This document shows positions 1 through 8,868 of a stretch of DNA of 64,000 nt, piece after piece (positions within the stretch are counted from its first letter, which is position 1; every line of letters begins with the position of its first letter). The DNA lies in the sequence record AP018399.1. The stretch is one strand, 5' to 3'. The position numbers and the translations under genes are program-made. The notes below the pieces were generated by a model. The model did not search any database and was not told where the DNA came from. It was given only the letters and a program-made list of their open reading frames with translations.

Positions 1-316
1 ATTCCGCTTCCGCCTTGCGGACAGTAAGGATGCGACAGGTCATGCCCGGTTCCGGGGTCACAAACATATCTTCACCTAGGAAGACAATGCTACCCTCCAC
101 ACGCGGCTTCTTGTCCGTCTGTAGCAGAACTTCCTTCTTGCCGTGGAGACTGGAACAGCCCAAGTACCACGGACCCTCATCACGGATGCGAGTATAACCC
201 ACATAGATTAGACCAGCAACCAGAATGACGGAAGCAATCTTCAACTGCTTCCACTCGGCAGAGTTCGCAGCCCGTTCGCGTTTGATTTCTTCCCGCAGCT
301 TCTTAAACCAACGCAA
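1..316 (-). CDS. hypothetical membrane-anchored protein, 3'-truncated by window edge
   Basis: TTG at 316 preceded by GGAGG; reads MRWFKKLREEIKR...IASVILVAGLIYVGY (one TM segment); frame open to base 1; not in ORF track. Confidence 0.5.
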   Translation of the reverse strand, partial: MRWFKKLREEIKRERAANSAEWKQLKIASVILVAGLIYVGYTRIRDEGPWYLGCSSLHGKKEVLLQTDKKPRVEGSIVFLGEDMFVTPEPGMTCRILTVRKAEAE

Positions 317-1052
317 CTTCGGCCTCCGGCTCTTCTTGTTTTTCTATGTGCAAGCCCACGTACTCACGCATTTGCGAGAAGACAGGGATGTGTACATCAA
401 CCTGCTTCGAAATGCTATTGTAGCACAGACCACGCTTTTTGTGAATCGCAATGTCGTTCCAGTTCACCGGAACATCCATCTGCATCAGCAAGTCCTGAAC
501 CTGCTGATTGTTCAGGCCATGACACTTCTTATGGCCTAGGTAGTGCGTAGCCACAGAGCGGATACTGTTACGCACAGCATCGTTCTGTCGCCAAATGAAA
601 TAATTTACAATCTCATCCTTCGGCAGCGAGAAGACACGCGAATCGAAGAATGCCAGCGGCTTGTCTTCGAAGGCATCAGCAGCCAGCTTGTTGAACATGC
701 CAGTCGCCAGAGACGCGGACACGCTCACCATCTTCTGGACATTGCCATCGAACCATGCATCGGTCGTCAGGTTGTCGTAGTCACGTAGCAGGATGGAGAT
801 TTCATCCGACTGGCAGTAAGCGAAAACTGCACCTTGGATATTCTCACATAGAAACTTCATGGTGTTCGCCATGATAGCGATGAACGTATCATCGTGGGGA
901 CGGTCAAGTCCCTTCGTCCATGTGTGGAATGCCTTACCGTCCAGACGGATGATTGCGGGCGTGCGTCGCATCAACTTGATACGATTCACGTCCTCATACT
1001 TCTTCATGCGGTCGCCGAGACTATCGCCGCCCTTGGGTGCAGATTTCGCCAT
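303..1052 (-). CDS. thg1: tRNA(His) guanylyltransferase / Thg1-like 3'-5' polymerase
   Basis: LGDRMKxYE, IIRLDGKAFH, AYCQSDEIS, WFDGNVQK, FDSR, YFIWRQxDAxRNS, KRG motifs. Confidence 0.92.
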   Translation of the reverse strand: MAKSAPKGGDSLGDRMKKYEDVNRIKLMRRTPAIIRLDGKAFHTWTKGLDRPHDDTFIAIMANTMKFLCENIQGAVFAYCQSDEISILLRDYDNLTTDAWFDGNVQKMVSVSASLATGMFNKLAADAFEDKPLAFFDSRVFSLPKDEIVNYFIWRQNDAVRNSIRSVATHYLGHKKCHGLNNQQVQDLLMQMDVPVNWNDIAIHKKRGLCYNSISKQVDVHIPVFSQMREYVGLHIEKQEEPEAEVALV

Positions 1053-1588
1053 TACTTTTTCTTCCGAAGTTTGATATTCAACTCTGTTTCCAGTGTATCA
1101 TAGAACGCTGGTCGAGCCAAATACTTTTTGTGTTCGCGAAGCGTAATGGCTGCACGTCGCTTGATTTGTTCGAAGATTCGGTCCCATACCGCTTCGGATA
1201 GCTCCGGAGCCATCGCAGCCTGAACCATGCGACCGCTATCCAGTGTGATGTTATGGCGACCACACCATGCACCGTCGTAGTCAAAACTGACCCGGTATTC
1301 CTTCATGGTCGGCAGCTTGTTGCGTGAGTAGGAATCGTAAGGACAGACCTTGATTTCCCAGCCCTGACCCAAGTTCAGTTCCCAGCCCTCATCCACGCTG
1401 TACTTCTTCTCCGGAATGTATTTGTAATCATTCGGAGTGAACTGCATGATATCGAAAGGCTGGCCGTACAGCTTTTCGAACAACGGCCAGCCCTTCGGGG
1501 CAAGTCTCAGGAAGTCGAACAACTGAATGGCTGCATCAGCCGCTTCAATGTTCGACATGGATGGGATAGGAGGGGAAGCGATGGTCAT
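1052..1588 (-). CDS. hypothetical protein
   Basis: 178 aa, stop/start overlap with thg1. Confidence 0.7.
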   Translation of the reverse strand: MTIASPPIPSMSNIEAADAAIQLFDFLRLAPKGWPLFEKLYGQPFDIMQFTPNDYKYIPEKKYSVDEGWELNLGQGWEIKVCPYDSYSRNKLPTMKEYRVSFDYDGAWCGRHNITLDSGRMVQAAMAPELSEAVWDRIFEQIKRRAAITLREHKKYLARPAFYDTLETELNIKLRKKK

Positions 1589-1851
1589 TAGAATTGAATA
1601 TTGTAAAGGCGTGTCAGGTGTTCCGTGATGCGCTCCCGAATGTGTGCCTTCACACGCTTCAACTCGGTAGCCTCATCTTCCGATTCAAACTTCCAGTCAG
1701 CATTGCTCCACACCAACTGGTCCATGAATGTGATATGCACATTGTAACCGTCCGTGGTCCCAAACAACATGGGGACAGTACGGCCCGGCATCCCCTCATT
1801 CACCATGAGGTTCATCTGGTCGTTCAGTTCGCGGACGATATCGAAGAGCAT
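1588..1851 (-). CDS. hypothetical protein
   Basis: 87 aa, AGGAA RBS, coupled to next gene. Confidence 0.7.
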   Translation of the reverse strand: MLFDIVRELNDQMNLMVNEGMPGRTVPMLFGTTDGYNVHITFMDQLVWSNADWKFESEDEATELKRVKAHIRERITEHLTRLYNIQF

Positions 1852-1878
1852 GACTGCATTCCTGCTTTGTGAGCCTTA

Positions 1879-1906
1879 ATTATAGCACACAAAGTCAGCT
1901 TGTCAA
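1879..1906 (-). promoter_or_regulatory. sigma70-type promoter
   Basis: TTGACA-16-TATAAT on minus strand. Confidence 0.7.
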
Positions 1907-2128
1907 CTACTTCCCACGGGAGTTCGCTATCATCTTCCCTAGGACGAAAAGAATCAGGGCAGTCGGCCAGAAGGTTCCGTAGACTATGGAGTTCGTGACA
2001 CCCTTCAAGATTAGCTCTTCCCGCTCAGGGTCAAAGTAATCCAGCTTCCGGTATTCAAGCCACGTCTCCAATCCCACCCAGCTAGCAACCAACAGGCCAC
2101 AGATTACATAAGTGAGATACGGCTCCAT
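1907..2128 (-). CDS. small membrane protein
   Basis: two hydrophobic segments, FWP motif. Confidence 0.65.
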   Translation of the reverse strand: MEPYLTYVICGLLVASWVGLETWLEYRKLDYFDPEREELILKGVTNSIVYGTFWPTALILFVLGKMIANSRGK

Positions 2129-2162
2129 ACCTTGTCCTCAATCCATTGAACGAGTTCGGCAA

Positions 2163-2510
2163 TCATTCGCGCGGGAAGTCCTTGAAATCGGACTTCTGTT
2201 CAAGCTCACCATCAATGCGAACCAGACCGAAATAATTGCCGTTAATCGGTTCCTCATTGGAGAGTTCACAGTAGGCAGCATTCACCATGCCCACATTCTC
2301 GCCAGTCTCCACCAGCCGGACACGAGGCACACCATGAGCAGCATCACAGCGCTCAACCAGTGCAGCCAGAGCATCAGCATTCATCGGACGCTCCAATCGA
2401 CGCTGTTCACGAGCATGATAGCTCAGCGGTCCACTGATAGTAGACCACATGAAAGTGAACGCCAGTGTCAGCGCACCGAGCATGACAAAAAAGGGAGCTT
2501 TGTTATTCAT
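2163..2510 (-). CDS. hypothetical exported/membrane-anchored protein
   Basis: N-terminal hydrophobic helix; 4-nt overlap with upstream gene. Confidence 0.65.
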   Translation of the reverse strand: MNNKAPFFVMLGALTLAFTFMWSTISGPLSYHAREQRRLERPMNADALAALVERCDAAHGVPRVRLVETGENVGMVNAAYCELSNEEPINGNYFGLVRIDGELEQKSDFKDFPRE

Positions 2511-2716
2511 TTACGTTTCGTCTTCCGTAGCTTGTGAGCAGGGAACATGGTGACAGCTTCACCCTGTTCGTTCTTGATGATTTTCAATTGCAATCGACGC
2601 TTGCACTTCGGACACCGGTGAAACGGTACCTTGTTCATGCGAAGCACCTTGATGTACACGTCCACAGGCTCAGGAGCCGACATACACCAGTCTTCACCTT
2701 GCCTATATCCGACCAT
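2507..2716 (-). CDS. small hypothetical protein with CxxC
   Basis: RCPKC, basic C-terminus, coupled to neighbours. Confidence 0.55.
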   Translation of the reverse strand: MVGYRQGEDWCMSAPEPVDVYIKVLRMNKVPFHRCPKCKRRLQLKIIKNEQGEAVTMFPAHKLRKTKRK

Positions 2717-3024
2717 TAGAAAGTAGACCAGCTTTCAGTGGTCCCCTCCGTCGTCACTTCATTCGAAGAATGACTGTTCGATTCCGGATGTTGTTTGAAG
2801 TCACAGTACACGTTGTACCATTGACCCATTCGCTCGCCACGGTCCTGCTGGTAACCCAACAGAGTTCCATTGAAACCCTTGCACTTCTCAATCTGGGCGT
2901 CCAATTCCTCTTGCGTGACATAGGTAAGAATCTTGCCCGTTTCCGGGTCAAAGACCTGTCCCTCTTGCAAACGAGAGCAAGCCGTCAAAGCCAGTAGTAG
3001 CGAAATCGCGAGTAGAGTCTTCAT
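2716..3024 (-). CDS. putative lipoprotein
   Basis: lipobox-like LALTAC after hydrophobic signal. Confidence 0.7.
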   Translation of the reverse strand: MKTLLAISLLLALTACSRLQEGQVFDPETGKILTYVTQEELDAQIEKCKGFNGTLLGYQQDRGERMGQWYNVYCDFKQHPESNSHSSNEVTTEGTTESWSTF

Positions 3025-3031
3025 GATGAAA

Positions 3032-3060
3032 ATTATAGACTAGCTATTAAGACTTGTCAA
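3032..3060 (-). promoter_or_regulatory. sigma70-type promoter (probably leaderless transcript)
   Basis: TTGACA-17-TATAAT; ATG 7 nt downstream. Confidence 0.8.
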
Positions 3061-3391
3061 CACTTTCAGACATGGCTTTCAGTGCAGCTTTCTCTACCTT
3101 GCGAACGTGCAACCATACACGCACCCACTTAGGCAGCAACACCACACCGACTACAGCACCAATTCCAAACAGAACAGGAATGGCACCAATCGCCAACGGC
3201 CATAGGAACGCCACCACAGCAGATAGGACGATACCCGTGACGACTCCACCCCAATGGGTACGCTCACTGTTAAACTCATGGACAAGCCAACCTGTCACCA
3301 ACAAACCAACAATGAAAAGCAACCAGTTGAACCACTCATTGGCAGTCTGGAAATTCGATGCGACAGTGAACCAAGCTTCGGGTGAAAACAT
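3047..3391 (-). CDS. membrane protein
   Basis: three hydrophobic segments, LWP motif; ATG at 3391 (MFSPEAW) with GAGG RBS preferred to 3448. Confidence 0.7.
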   Translation of the reverse strand: MFSPEAWFTVASNFQTANEWFNWLLFIVGLLVTGWLVHEFNSERTHWGGVVTGIVLSAVVAFLWPLAIGAIPVLFGIGAVVGVVLLPKWVRVWLHVRKVEKAALKAMSESVDKS

Positions 3392-3419
3392 GAAAAGGAA
3401 TCCTCTTTTGATGCTGACA

Positions 3420-3448
3420 ATTATAGGGCACAAAACCAACTCTGTCAA
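3420..3448 (-). promoter_or_regulatory. sigma70-type promoter
   Basis: TTGACA-17-TATAAT. Confidence 0.8.
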
Positions 3449-3449
3449 G

Positions 3450-4125
3450 CACGCATCCGCCAGCCAGTAGAGGGACAGTCCCCCGGCCTGCCTCCCATTT
3501 TACACGAAAAATTATAGTTGTCAACCCCTTGACAGGCAAATTCAAATGGGGTAGTCTTCTCGTGCCGAAAATTGCAACCACCAGCGCTCGGCTAAGGTGT
3601 GCTGGTGAAGTAGTACACCACTGACCTATCTCAATAGATTAAGGATGTTAAGACTATGTGAAGGATACGTTAAAATTTGGTTAACTTAACGGAAACTTAA
3701 CATTTCAGGCCGATTTGTTAAAAGTTCGTTAAAGTTAAAACCTCGTTAACTGACGCTGACGAGAGCCTACCGACTGTCGGTGATAGTTGGTCCGCACATT
3801 TGAAAGCGTAAGTTGATGATTGGTCTAGACTTTTTCAGTCTGGCGAAATTTTGGTGCGTCAGTTGGCGGCACTCTTACTAGCTCGGACTAAATCATTTAG
3901 ACCTTTAACTGACTCCATACCAAGTCCAAATCACATCTATCTCATAGTGATATCACTTTGATATCATACTGACGCTTAAATTATTAAAGTAGCTGTAACA
4001 AGGTTTCCGTGAATACTCTACCATAATTCAACAGGTTAGCAACCTATTTCATTAATTGCTCCACTTTTTCAACACCTTCCCACGAGAACAAATAAGTCCT
4101 AACGCAAGCGTTAGGCTTTGGCCCT
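3450..4125. other. largest non-coding gap, between divergent gene blocks; candidate origin or control region
   Basis: no credible ORF; nine GTTAA/TTAAC sites at 3647-3750; palindrome AGTGATATCACT 3946-3957; repeated ACTGAC; hairpin 4098-4115. Confidence 0.5.
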
Positions 4126-4446
4126 ATGAGCATTCTTACTATCCCTGAGCAAGATGAGGCTATTGCCTTGCAGCGGTTCTTGAACATTGCCAATTACATT
4201 GGCAAGAATGGTACACGTTATCTGGTTATAGGCCATAGGGAGTATGGTGCTGTTCCTAAAGATGACTGTGTGTTCATTACCTATGAGGACTTCAAGACGC
4301 GGCAACGTGATGTATGGGAGTTGGTTGTTCCTACCAGTTGGTATGGGAGCAACGGGCTTGATGAGATTAAGGGTATTGTGATTGACGAGAAGACTTTCCT
4401 GAGTGACTTCCATGAGTTCATTGATGACTACCGTGAATCTGACTGA
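4126..4446 (+). CDS. array paralogue 1 (EFxEFxxDY family)
   Basis: QRFLNIANYI near N-terminus; C-terminal DFHEFIDDY. Confidence 0.8.
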   Translation: MSILTIPEQDEAIALQRFLNIANYIGKNGTRYLVIGHREYGAVPKDDCVFITYEDFKTRQRDVWELVVPTSWYGSNGLDEIKGIVIDEKTFLSDFHEFIDDYRESD

Positions 4447-4810
4447 TACTGACCGGGAGGTCTATGCGTCTCGTTTGGGGATGGTGATAGATTCCTTCAT
4501 GGAGTTGGCTAGTAACCCGAATGATGTATTTGCTTATGAGGACCGGGGTGGTGTGGTTGGTTTGTTGCATCGTGCCAGTGGAGTTCGTATTGGGCTATGG
4601 CATCGACCGGATTACAACGAGGATTCTGGGCGTACTTCTTACAAGACGATGTTGATGTGGGAAGACGTGGTGATACAGGCTCATGGATTGCCTGCCTTTG
4701 AGGATAACCGGGAGGAAGGGCGAGGCTATGAGCCGGAGAGGATGATGGGTGAGTTCATGGAGTTCTTGGATGATTATCATCCGGGTTGGGAGGAAGGTGA
4801 ATGTTCCTGA
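4424..4810 (+). CDS. array paralogue 2
   Basis: C-terminal GEFMEFLDDY; start 4424 or 4433 (track gives 4403). Confidence 0.8.
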   Translation: MTTVNLTDTDREVYASRLGMVIDSFMELASNPNDVFAYEDRGGVVGLLHRASGVRIGLWHRPDYNEDSGRTSYKTMLMWEDVVIQAHGLPAFEDNREEGRGYEPERMMGEFMEFLDDYHPGWEEGECS

Positions 4811-5181
4811 TGACGATTCCTGATGGGGAAGGATTGGTTGCTACCCAGCGGTTCTATAACCTGTTGAAGAGCATCTATGTCTATGGGACTAACAAGCCTG
4901 CGGGTGGTACTGTCTTGCGGATAGGCGACTTCATAATGGAGTTGGCTCATACGGCCATTACTGAGCAGGTTGATGGGCTGGATGATGTAGTGACTCGGGT
5001 GAACATTACCTTTGTTCTAGGGGACGACGAGTTCTTGATTGACAAGGGTGTTCATTGCAATGATGAATGGGACAAGTGGGTGTTGGGTCAACCTGTTCGT
5101 TGTCAGGAAGTTCCTAGGGAAGAGTTTGTGGGCGAGTTCATGGAGTTCTTGCTTGACTACTACCCGGACTATGAGATATAA
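4801..5181 (+). CDS. array paralogue 3
   Basis: GGAGG RBS; TIPxxExxxAxQRF shared with paralogue 1; GEFMEFLLDY. Confidence 0.85.
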   Translation: MFLMTIPDGEGLVATQRFYNLLKSIYVYGTNKPAGGTVLRIGDFIMELAHTAITEQVDGLDDVVTRVNITFVLGDDEFLIDKGVHCNDEWDKWVLGQPVRCQEVPREEFVGEFMEFLLDYYPDYEI

Positions 5182-5182
5182 T
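5153..5182 (+). promoter_or_regulatory. sigma70-type promoter embedded in 3' end of paralogue 3
   Basis: TTGACT-18-TATAAT. Confidence 0.6.
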
Positions 5183-5212
5183 TATGGTCATGTATTTTGT
5201 GGATGACTATCT

Positions 5213-5617
5213 GTGAGCGAGCGTCGGCTATGGTGTGATAACCGGGCTGCGGAGATTCAGCAGCGTGTTGTCCGTTTGATTGGTTCCTTCAAGAAGTATG
5301 GGAAGTTGGTCAAGCACAATGAATTCAACTATGGTCGTCAGACTTCCAATCGGAGTTATGAACTGACGTTGGACGGTATTGGCGATGTGACGTTGGACCT
5401 TCGGACTTCATTGGTTCGTCGTGACAAGGAAACGGAAGACCTGTATCAAGACATTGCCGGGATTGGCTTTATCTTCCCCGGAGAAGGCGACAGGTTCATG
5501 TTCGTGATTCCGTGGGAATGGGTGGATGCCTATGCCCATAATGATGCTGTGGGTCCGTATTACCCGCTGGAAGAGCTATACAATGAAGTGATGGGGTTCC
5601 TAGAGGATTATCTGTGA
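5213..5617 (+). CDS. array paralogue 4
   Basis: C-terminal NEVMGFLEDY. Confidence 0.8.
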   Translation: MSERRLWCDNRAAEIQQRVVRLIGSFKKYGKLVKHNEFNYGRQTSNRSYELTLDGIGDVTLDLRTSLVRRDKETEDLYQDIAGIGFIFPGEGDRFMFVIPWEWVDAYAHNDAVGPYYPLEELYNEVMGFLEDYL

Positions 5618-5925
5618 TGTTCAGTGAAGAAGACTCTCCTGTTGCTAGGGACCGATACCTTCGACTGATTAAGCGCTTCGAACTGGAAGACCAGTCTGCA
5701 CAGGATGAGGAAAGTAATTGCACTTCCTACTGTGTTGAAGTTCAGGGTGGCGTGTGGTTGGGGATGGGCTATGGTTCATCCGGTGGTTTCTATATGTCCA
5801 TCAACAAGGCAGAGGTCTATCAATTCGATTTTCCGATTGATTGGACGTGGTGTGAATTGGTTCCTATCTGCCCGAAGGAAGCCCTGCTGGAAGAGTTCAT
5901 GGAGTTCATTGCAGACTACACCTGA
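5614..5925 (+). CDS. array paralogue 5
   Basis: DRYLRLIKRF; EEFMEFIADY. Confidence 0.8.
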   Translation: MMFSEEDSPVARDRYLRLIKRFELEDQSAQDEESNCTSYCVEVQGGVWLGMGYGSSGGFYMSINKAEVYQFDFPIDWTWCELVPICPKEALLEEFMEFIADYT

Positions 5926-5937
5926 TGGTGGTATAAT
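5909..5937 (+). promoter_or_regulatory. sigma70-type promoter
   Basis: TTGCAG-17-TATAAT with extended TG. Confidence 0.7.
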
Positions 5938-5963
5938 TAGCGCCTCAATTTGAGGAATTAATT

Positions 5964-6365
5964 ATGTTTTTGATTCGCAATTTGTTTAAGAAGAAGGAAC
6001 CTGTGGCTCCTGTGTTCTCTGAGGACACTATGCGACTGGCTCGCCATATTGAGTCTCATGGGTTCGATATTCGCAGTGTCAACAATGAAACCTACCATGC
6101 GGGCTGTGGCGGCGAATTGCCGACTCCGGGCTACCGCGATATCAACATTCAGTTGTCGGACACCACGAGCATCATGGCTCGCGTGTTGAGGGGTGGTAGG
6201 GAAATCCGCGTATTCGGTCGTGTCAAGTCTCCGACTGATGATTTGGTGGCCGCTAGCGTCCCGCACGAAGCCTTCTCTGCCGAGTTCGTGGGTAAGGTTG
6301 CTGATATGGTTCGTAACCGTGCATCGCTGCGTGCTGCGGCTCTGGTCAATGAAATGGCCCTCTGA
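5964..6365 (+). CDS. hypothetical protein (lacks array motif)
   Basis: GAGG RBS, 133 aa. Confidence 0.75.
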   Translation: MFLIRNLFKKKEPVAPVFSEDTMRLARHIESHGFDIRSVNNETYHAGCGGELPTPGYRDINIQLSDTTSIMARVLRGGREIRVFGRVKSPTDDLVAASVPHEAFSAEFVGKVADMVRNRASLRAAALVNEMAL

Positions 6366-6371
6366 TATAAT
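6343..6371 (+). promoter_or_regulatory. sigma70 extended -10 promoter (leaderless)
   Basis: TGaTATAAT; ATG 6 nt downstream. Confidence 0.65.
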
Positions 6372-6377
6372 TCAGTC

Positions 6378-6764
6378 ATGGAATTCATTAAAAAGCCTCT
6401 CAAAGCAGCCATTCAGTTGGTCAGCACGGTCGATTTCCATGCTGATGACGTGAAGATTGCCAATGTGCGTACCAAACGCATTCAGAGAGCGTTCCATGAG
6501 TTCGGAATGTCTTTCCCCACCAGTTACAATGGCAATGAGACTTATTGTGTCTTGCTGGGGGAAATGCCTGACCTGATTAAGCTGACCTTGAAGGTCAAAC
6601 CAATCAATCGTTACTTTGCTCTGGTTGAGAACAACCGAGAGCATCGGTTTATGGTTGTTGGCGAATGGGATTGGCGTCCTGACAAGGATACGATTCCGCT
6701 TCGCCGTGACCAGCTACACGAAGAGGTCATGGAATTCATCAATGATTATTCGGATTTGGATTAA
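6378..6764 (+). CDS. array paralogue 6
   Basis: EEVMEFINDY. Confidence 0.8.
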   Translation: MEFIKKPLKAAIQLVSTVDFHADDVKIANVRTKRIQRAFHEFGMSFPTSYNGNETYCVLLGEMPDLIKLTLKVKPINRYFALVENNREHRFMVVGEWDWRPDKDTIPLRRDQLHEEVMEFINDYSDLD

Positions 6765-7177
6765 TGTTTAATTTGCCTCCTGATGCGGACGTAACCCTTC
6801 GTTTGTTGCCCGATACTGGAATCAAGACCATGTATTACAAGAACACTCCCCGTAATACCTCGTTCGATGAGGCTGATGTTCCTGTCGCCAAGATGCGCTT
6901 CAACAAGATGCGTGGCTATTTCTACCTATTCCATGACAAGGTAGGTGGTACCCGTGCTTCCCGCGATGGTGAGCTTTATTCCTGCGTGGTCAATGACGTG
7001 CGCTTGGGTATGTTCTTCCGCAGTGATGGAACTGGATTCTACTTGCAAATTGGCGAGGAATCGTTTGATTTTGAGACGCAAGATAATTGGGTCCATAGCG
7101 ACGTTGAAGTTGTCGGTCGTAATTTTCCAATTATTGAAGAATTCATGGAGTTTATTGCAGACTACTACGAATTGTGA
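6764..7177 (+). CDS. array paralogue 7
   Basis: MRFNKMRGYF; EEFMEFIADY. Confidence 0.8.
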   Translation: MFNLPPDADVTLRLLPDTGIKTMYYKNTPRNTSFDEADVPVAKMRFNKMRGYFYLFHDKVGGTRASRDGELYSCVVNDVRLGMFFRSDGTGFYLQIGEESFDFETQDNWVHSDVEVVGRNFPIIEEFMEFIADYYEL

Positions 7178-7183
7178 TACGAT
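7155..7183 (+). promoter_or_regulatory. sigma70-type promoter embedded in 3' end of paralogue 7
   Basis: TTGCAG-17-TACGAT with extended TG. Confidence 0.6.
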
Positions 7184-7208
7184 ATCGGTCTAGTAAAGGA
7201 TTAATTCT

Positions 7209-7598
7209 GTGGCCGATTTGATTAGTAGTCGTGATAAACTAATTGATTTCGTAGAACGTCTGGAATATGACGCGGATAAGGTGTCTTGCACATTTAATCG
7301 CAATCCACCAGACCGGGATTATTACGGAAAGCTGGAATTCTATTACGACGATTTCCGAATTGAAGTGAGTTTTTACGTCAATCAGGATAAGCCTTCACAG
7401 AATAGTGCAATTGGCGTCAAGTTCAATAGCCATGATGGGCATCGGGAAGTATTTCTTTCCAGTGTGTCCGATAGTTTGGCGGTATTCTCTCCGGCATTTC
7501 ACAAGAAGGTTGCCGCATGGGCCAGCGAGGCAATGGGCCTGAATGAGCCGGATGACGACGAAGACTGGTTCGTTAGCAAAATAGGTGTTGTTTCCTGA
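7209..7598 (+). CDS. hypothetical protein (lacks array motif)
   Basis: AAGGA RBS, GTG start. Confidence 0.75.
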   Translation: MADLISSRDKLIDFVERLEYDADKVSCTFNRNPPDRDYYGKLEFYYDDFRIEVSFYVNQDKPSQNSAIGVKFNSHDGHREVFLSSVSDSLAVFSPAFHKKVAAWASEAMGLNEPDDDEDWFVSKIGVVS

Positions 7599-7616
7599 CA
7601 ATAGCGATGTTATAAT
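7588..7616 (+). promoter_or_regulatory. sigma70 extended -10 promoter (leaderless)
   Basis: TTGTTT-17-TATAAT with TG; ATG 6 nt downstream. Confidence 0.65.
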
Positions 7617-7622
7617 CATCGC

Positions 7623-8102
7623 ATGTCAAAGCAATCCAACTTCAAGGTTCGTACCGAGCAGTCTGTCCCGACTGACGCCATTGTCATTTCTGCGGAAGAC
7701 GCTCAGGTTTTCATCAATCGACTCGCCCGTATCACTGTAACGATGGACTTCCTGTTTTGGGAGTACCAGCACCAGAAGAACCGGGGCGACACTGACGTGG
7801 GTGTCATTGGCGGCAACATTCGCTTCATCAATGGGCTGGCCCATGAAGTGGATATGTACCACGTCGATGGCGAGCGCATCGGCTCATTCTCGTGGCTTTC
7901 TACTGACTACCAATACTTCCTTGGCGCTGCTATGGAGCTTGGTGATGAATACTACGAGGGCAAGTATGTCGTGGACATGCTAAAGCCCATTGAATCGTAC
8001 ACGTTCGCTCTCAAGACGCAGGAACGCTATCCGCTGGAAGAATTGTTCGGGGAGTTCATGGAATTCCTTGAAGACTACAACATGGCTCCGGTTCTCAAGT
8101 GA
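7623..8102 (+). CDS. array paralogue 8
   Basis: ERYPLEELFGEFMEFLEDY. Confidence 0.8.
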   Translation: MSKQSNFKVRTEQSVPTDAIVISAEDAQVFINRLARITVTMDFLFWEYQHQKNRGDTDVGVIGGNIRFINGLAHEVDMYHVDGERIGSFSWLSTDYQYFLGAAMELGDEYYEGKYVVDMLKPIESYTFALKTQERYPLEELFGEFMEFLEDYNMAPVLK

Positions 8103-8485
8103 ACATTTACCTGTACGACCATCTTGACCGAGAAGACTTCCACGTCATGTGGCATCGCTTCCGTCGCCTGTTGACCCACATGGGGTTCAATATGTCGTGG
8201 GCGAGTGATAGCGGGCGTCAGGTCTATGAAACCAAGACGCGGACGTTTGGTGACACGGAATACAAATTCGAAACGTGGAACGAACAGGGGTTGATGGATA
8301 TCGACACCATGAAGTTCTCTACCGGTGATTACCATTTCCATGTTTCAAACCAAGAACAGTGCGTGGACGTTGAATTGCGTCGCGAATGCCGTAACAACGA
8401 AGTGTTCCCCATCATGCCGTACCGTGACGAAGCGGAATTCATTTCCGAATTCCATGAGTTCCTAGACGACTACCTACCAGAATGA
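8099..8485 (+). CDS. array paralogue 9
   Basis: HRFRRLLTHM; SEFHEFLDDY. Confidence 0.8.
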   Translation: MNIYLYDHLDREDFHVMWHRFRRLLTHMGFNMSWASDSGRQVYETKTRTFGDTEYKFETWNEQGLMDIDTMKFSTGDYHFHVSNQEQCVDVELRRECRNNEVFPIMPYRDEAEFISEFHEFLDDYLPE

Positions 8486-8868
8486 CCACCTACTACCTTC
8501 CCAACCTGCTGTCAATCGAAGACTACCAAGTCATGGCGACTCGTTTCCATCGCATCATCAATGCGATGCCTGAGTTTGCAGAGAAGAAGACCCGTGGCGA
8601 CAGCCGTCACATGGTTCGCTACCGCAAGGACGGCCTGACGGTCATCTTCCGTCGCAAGAACGACATGCGTACCCGCTACGAAATTCAAATTGATTGCAAG
8701 GGCGGTCGGGATATCTTTTACGTCTACGACTACAACACGCCCCACGAGTTCATTCTGGCCTTCTGTAAGGCCAAGGTAGACGCCATTGATGAATCGTTGC
8801 TAAAGGGTGAAGTTCTGGATTTCATTGACGACTATTGTACGCTCAATGAAGTTGACTTGGAGAAATAG
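8482..8868 (+). CDS. array paralogue 10
   Basis: TRFHRIINAM; GEVLDFIDDY. Confidence 0.8.
   Translation: MTTYYLPNLLSIEDYQVMATRFHRIINAMPEFAEKKTRGDSRHMVRYRKDGLTVIFRRKNDMRTRYEIQIDCKGGRDIFYVYDYNTPHEFILAFCKAKVDAIDESLLKGEVLDFIDDYCTLNEVDLEK

Noticed and set aside
3647-3750. GTTAA cluster as a CRISPR or tRNA
   Set aside because: Repeats are only 5-6 nt with no repeat-spacer period; no cloverleaf, T-loop or CCA found.
3995-4010. GTAACAAGGTTTCCGT matches the conserved 3' end of small-subunit (18S-type) rRNA
   Set aside because: Only 16 nt, flanks do not continue the rRNA sequence, and a match of this length is plausible by chance; not called rRNA.
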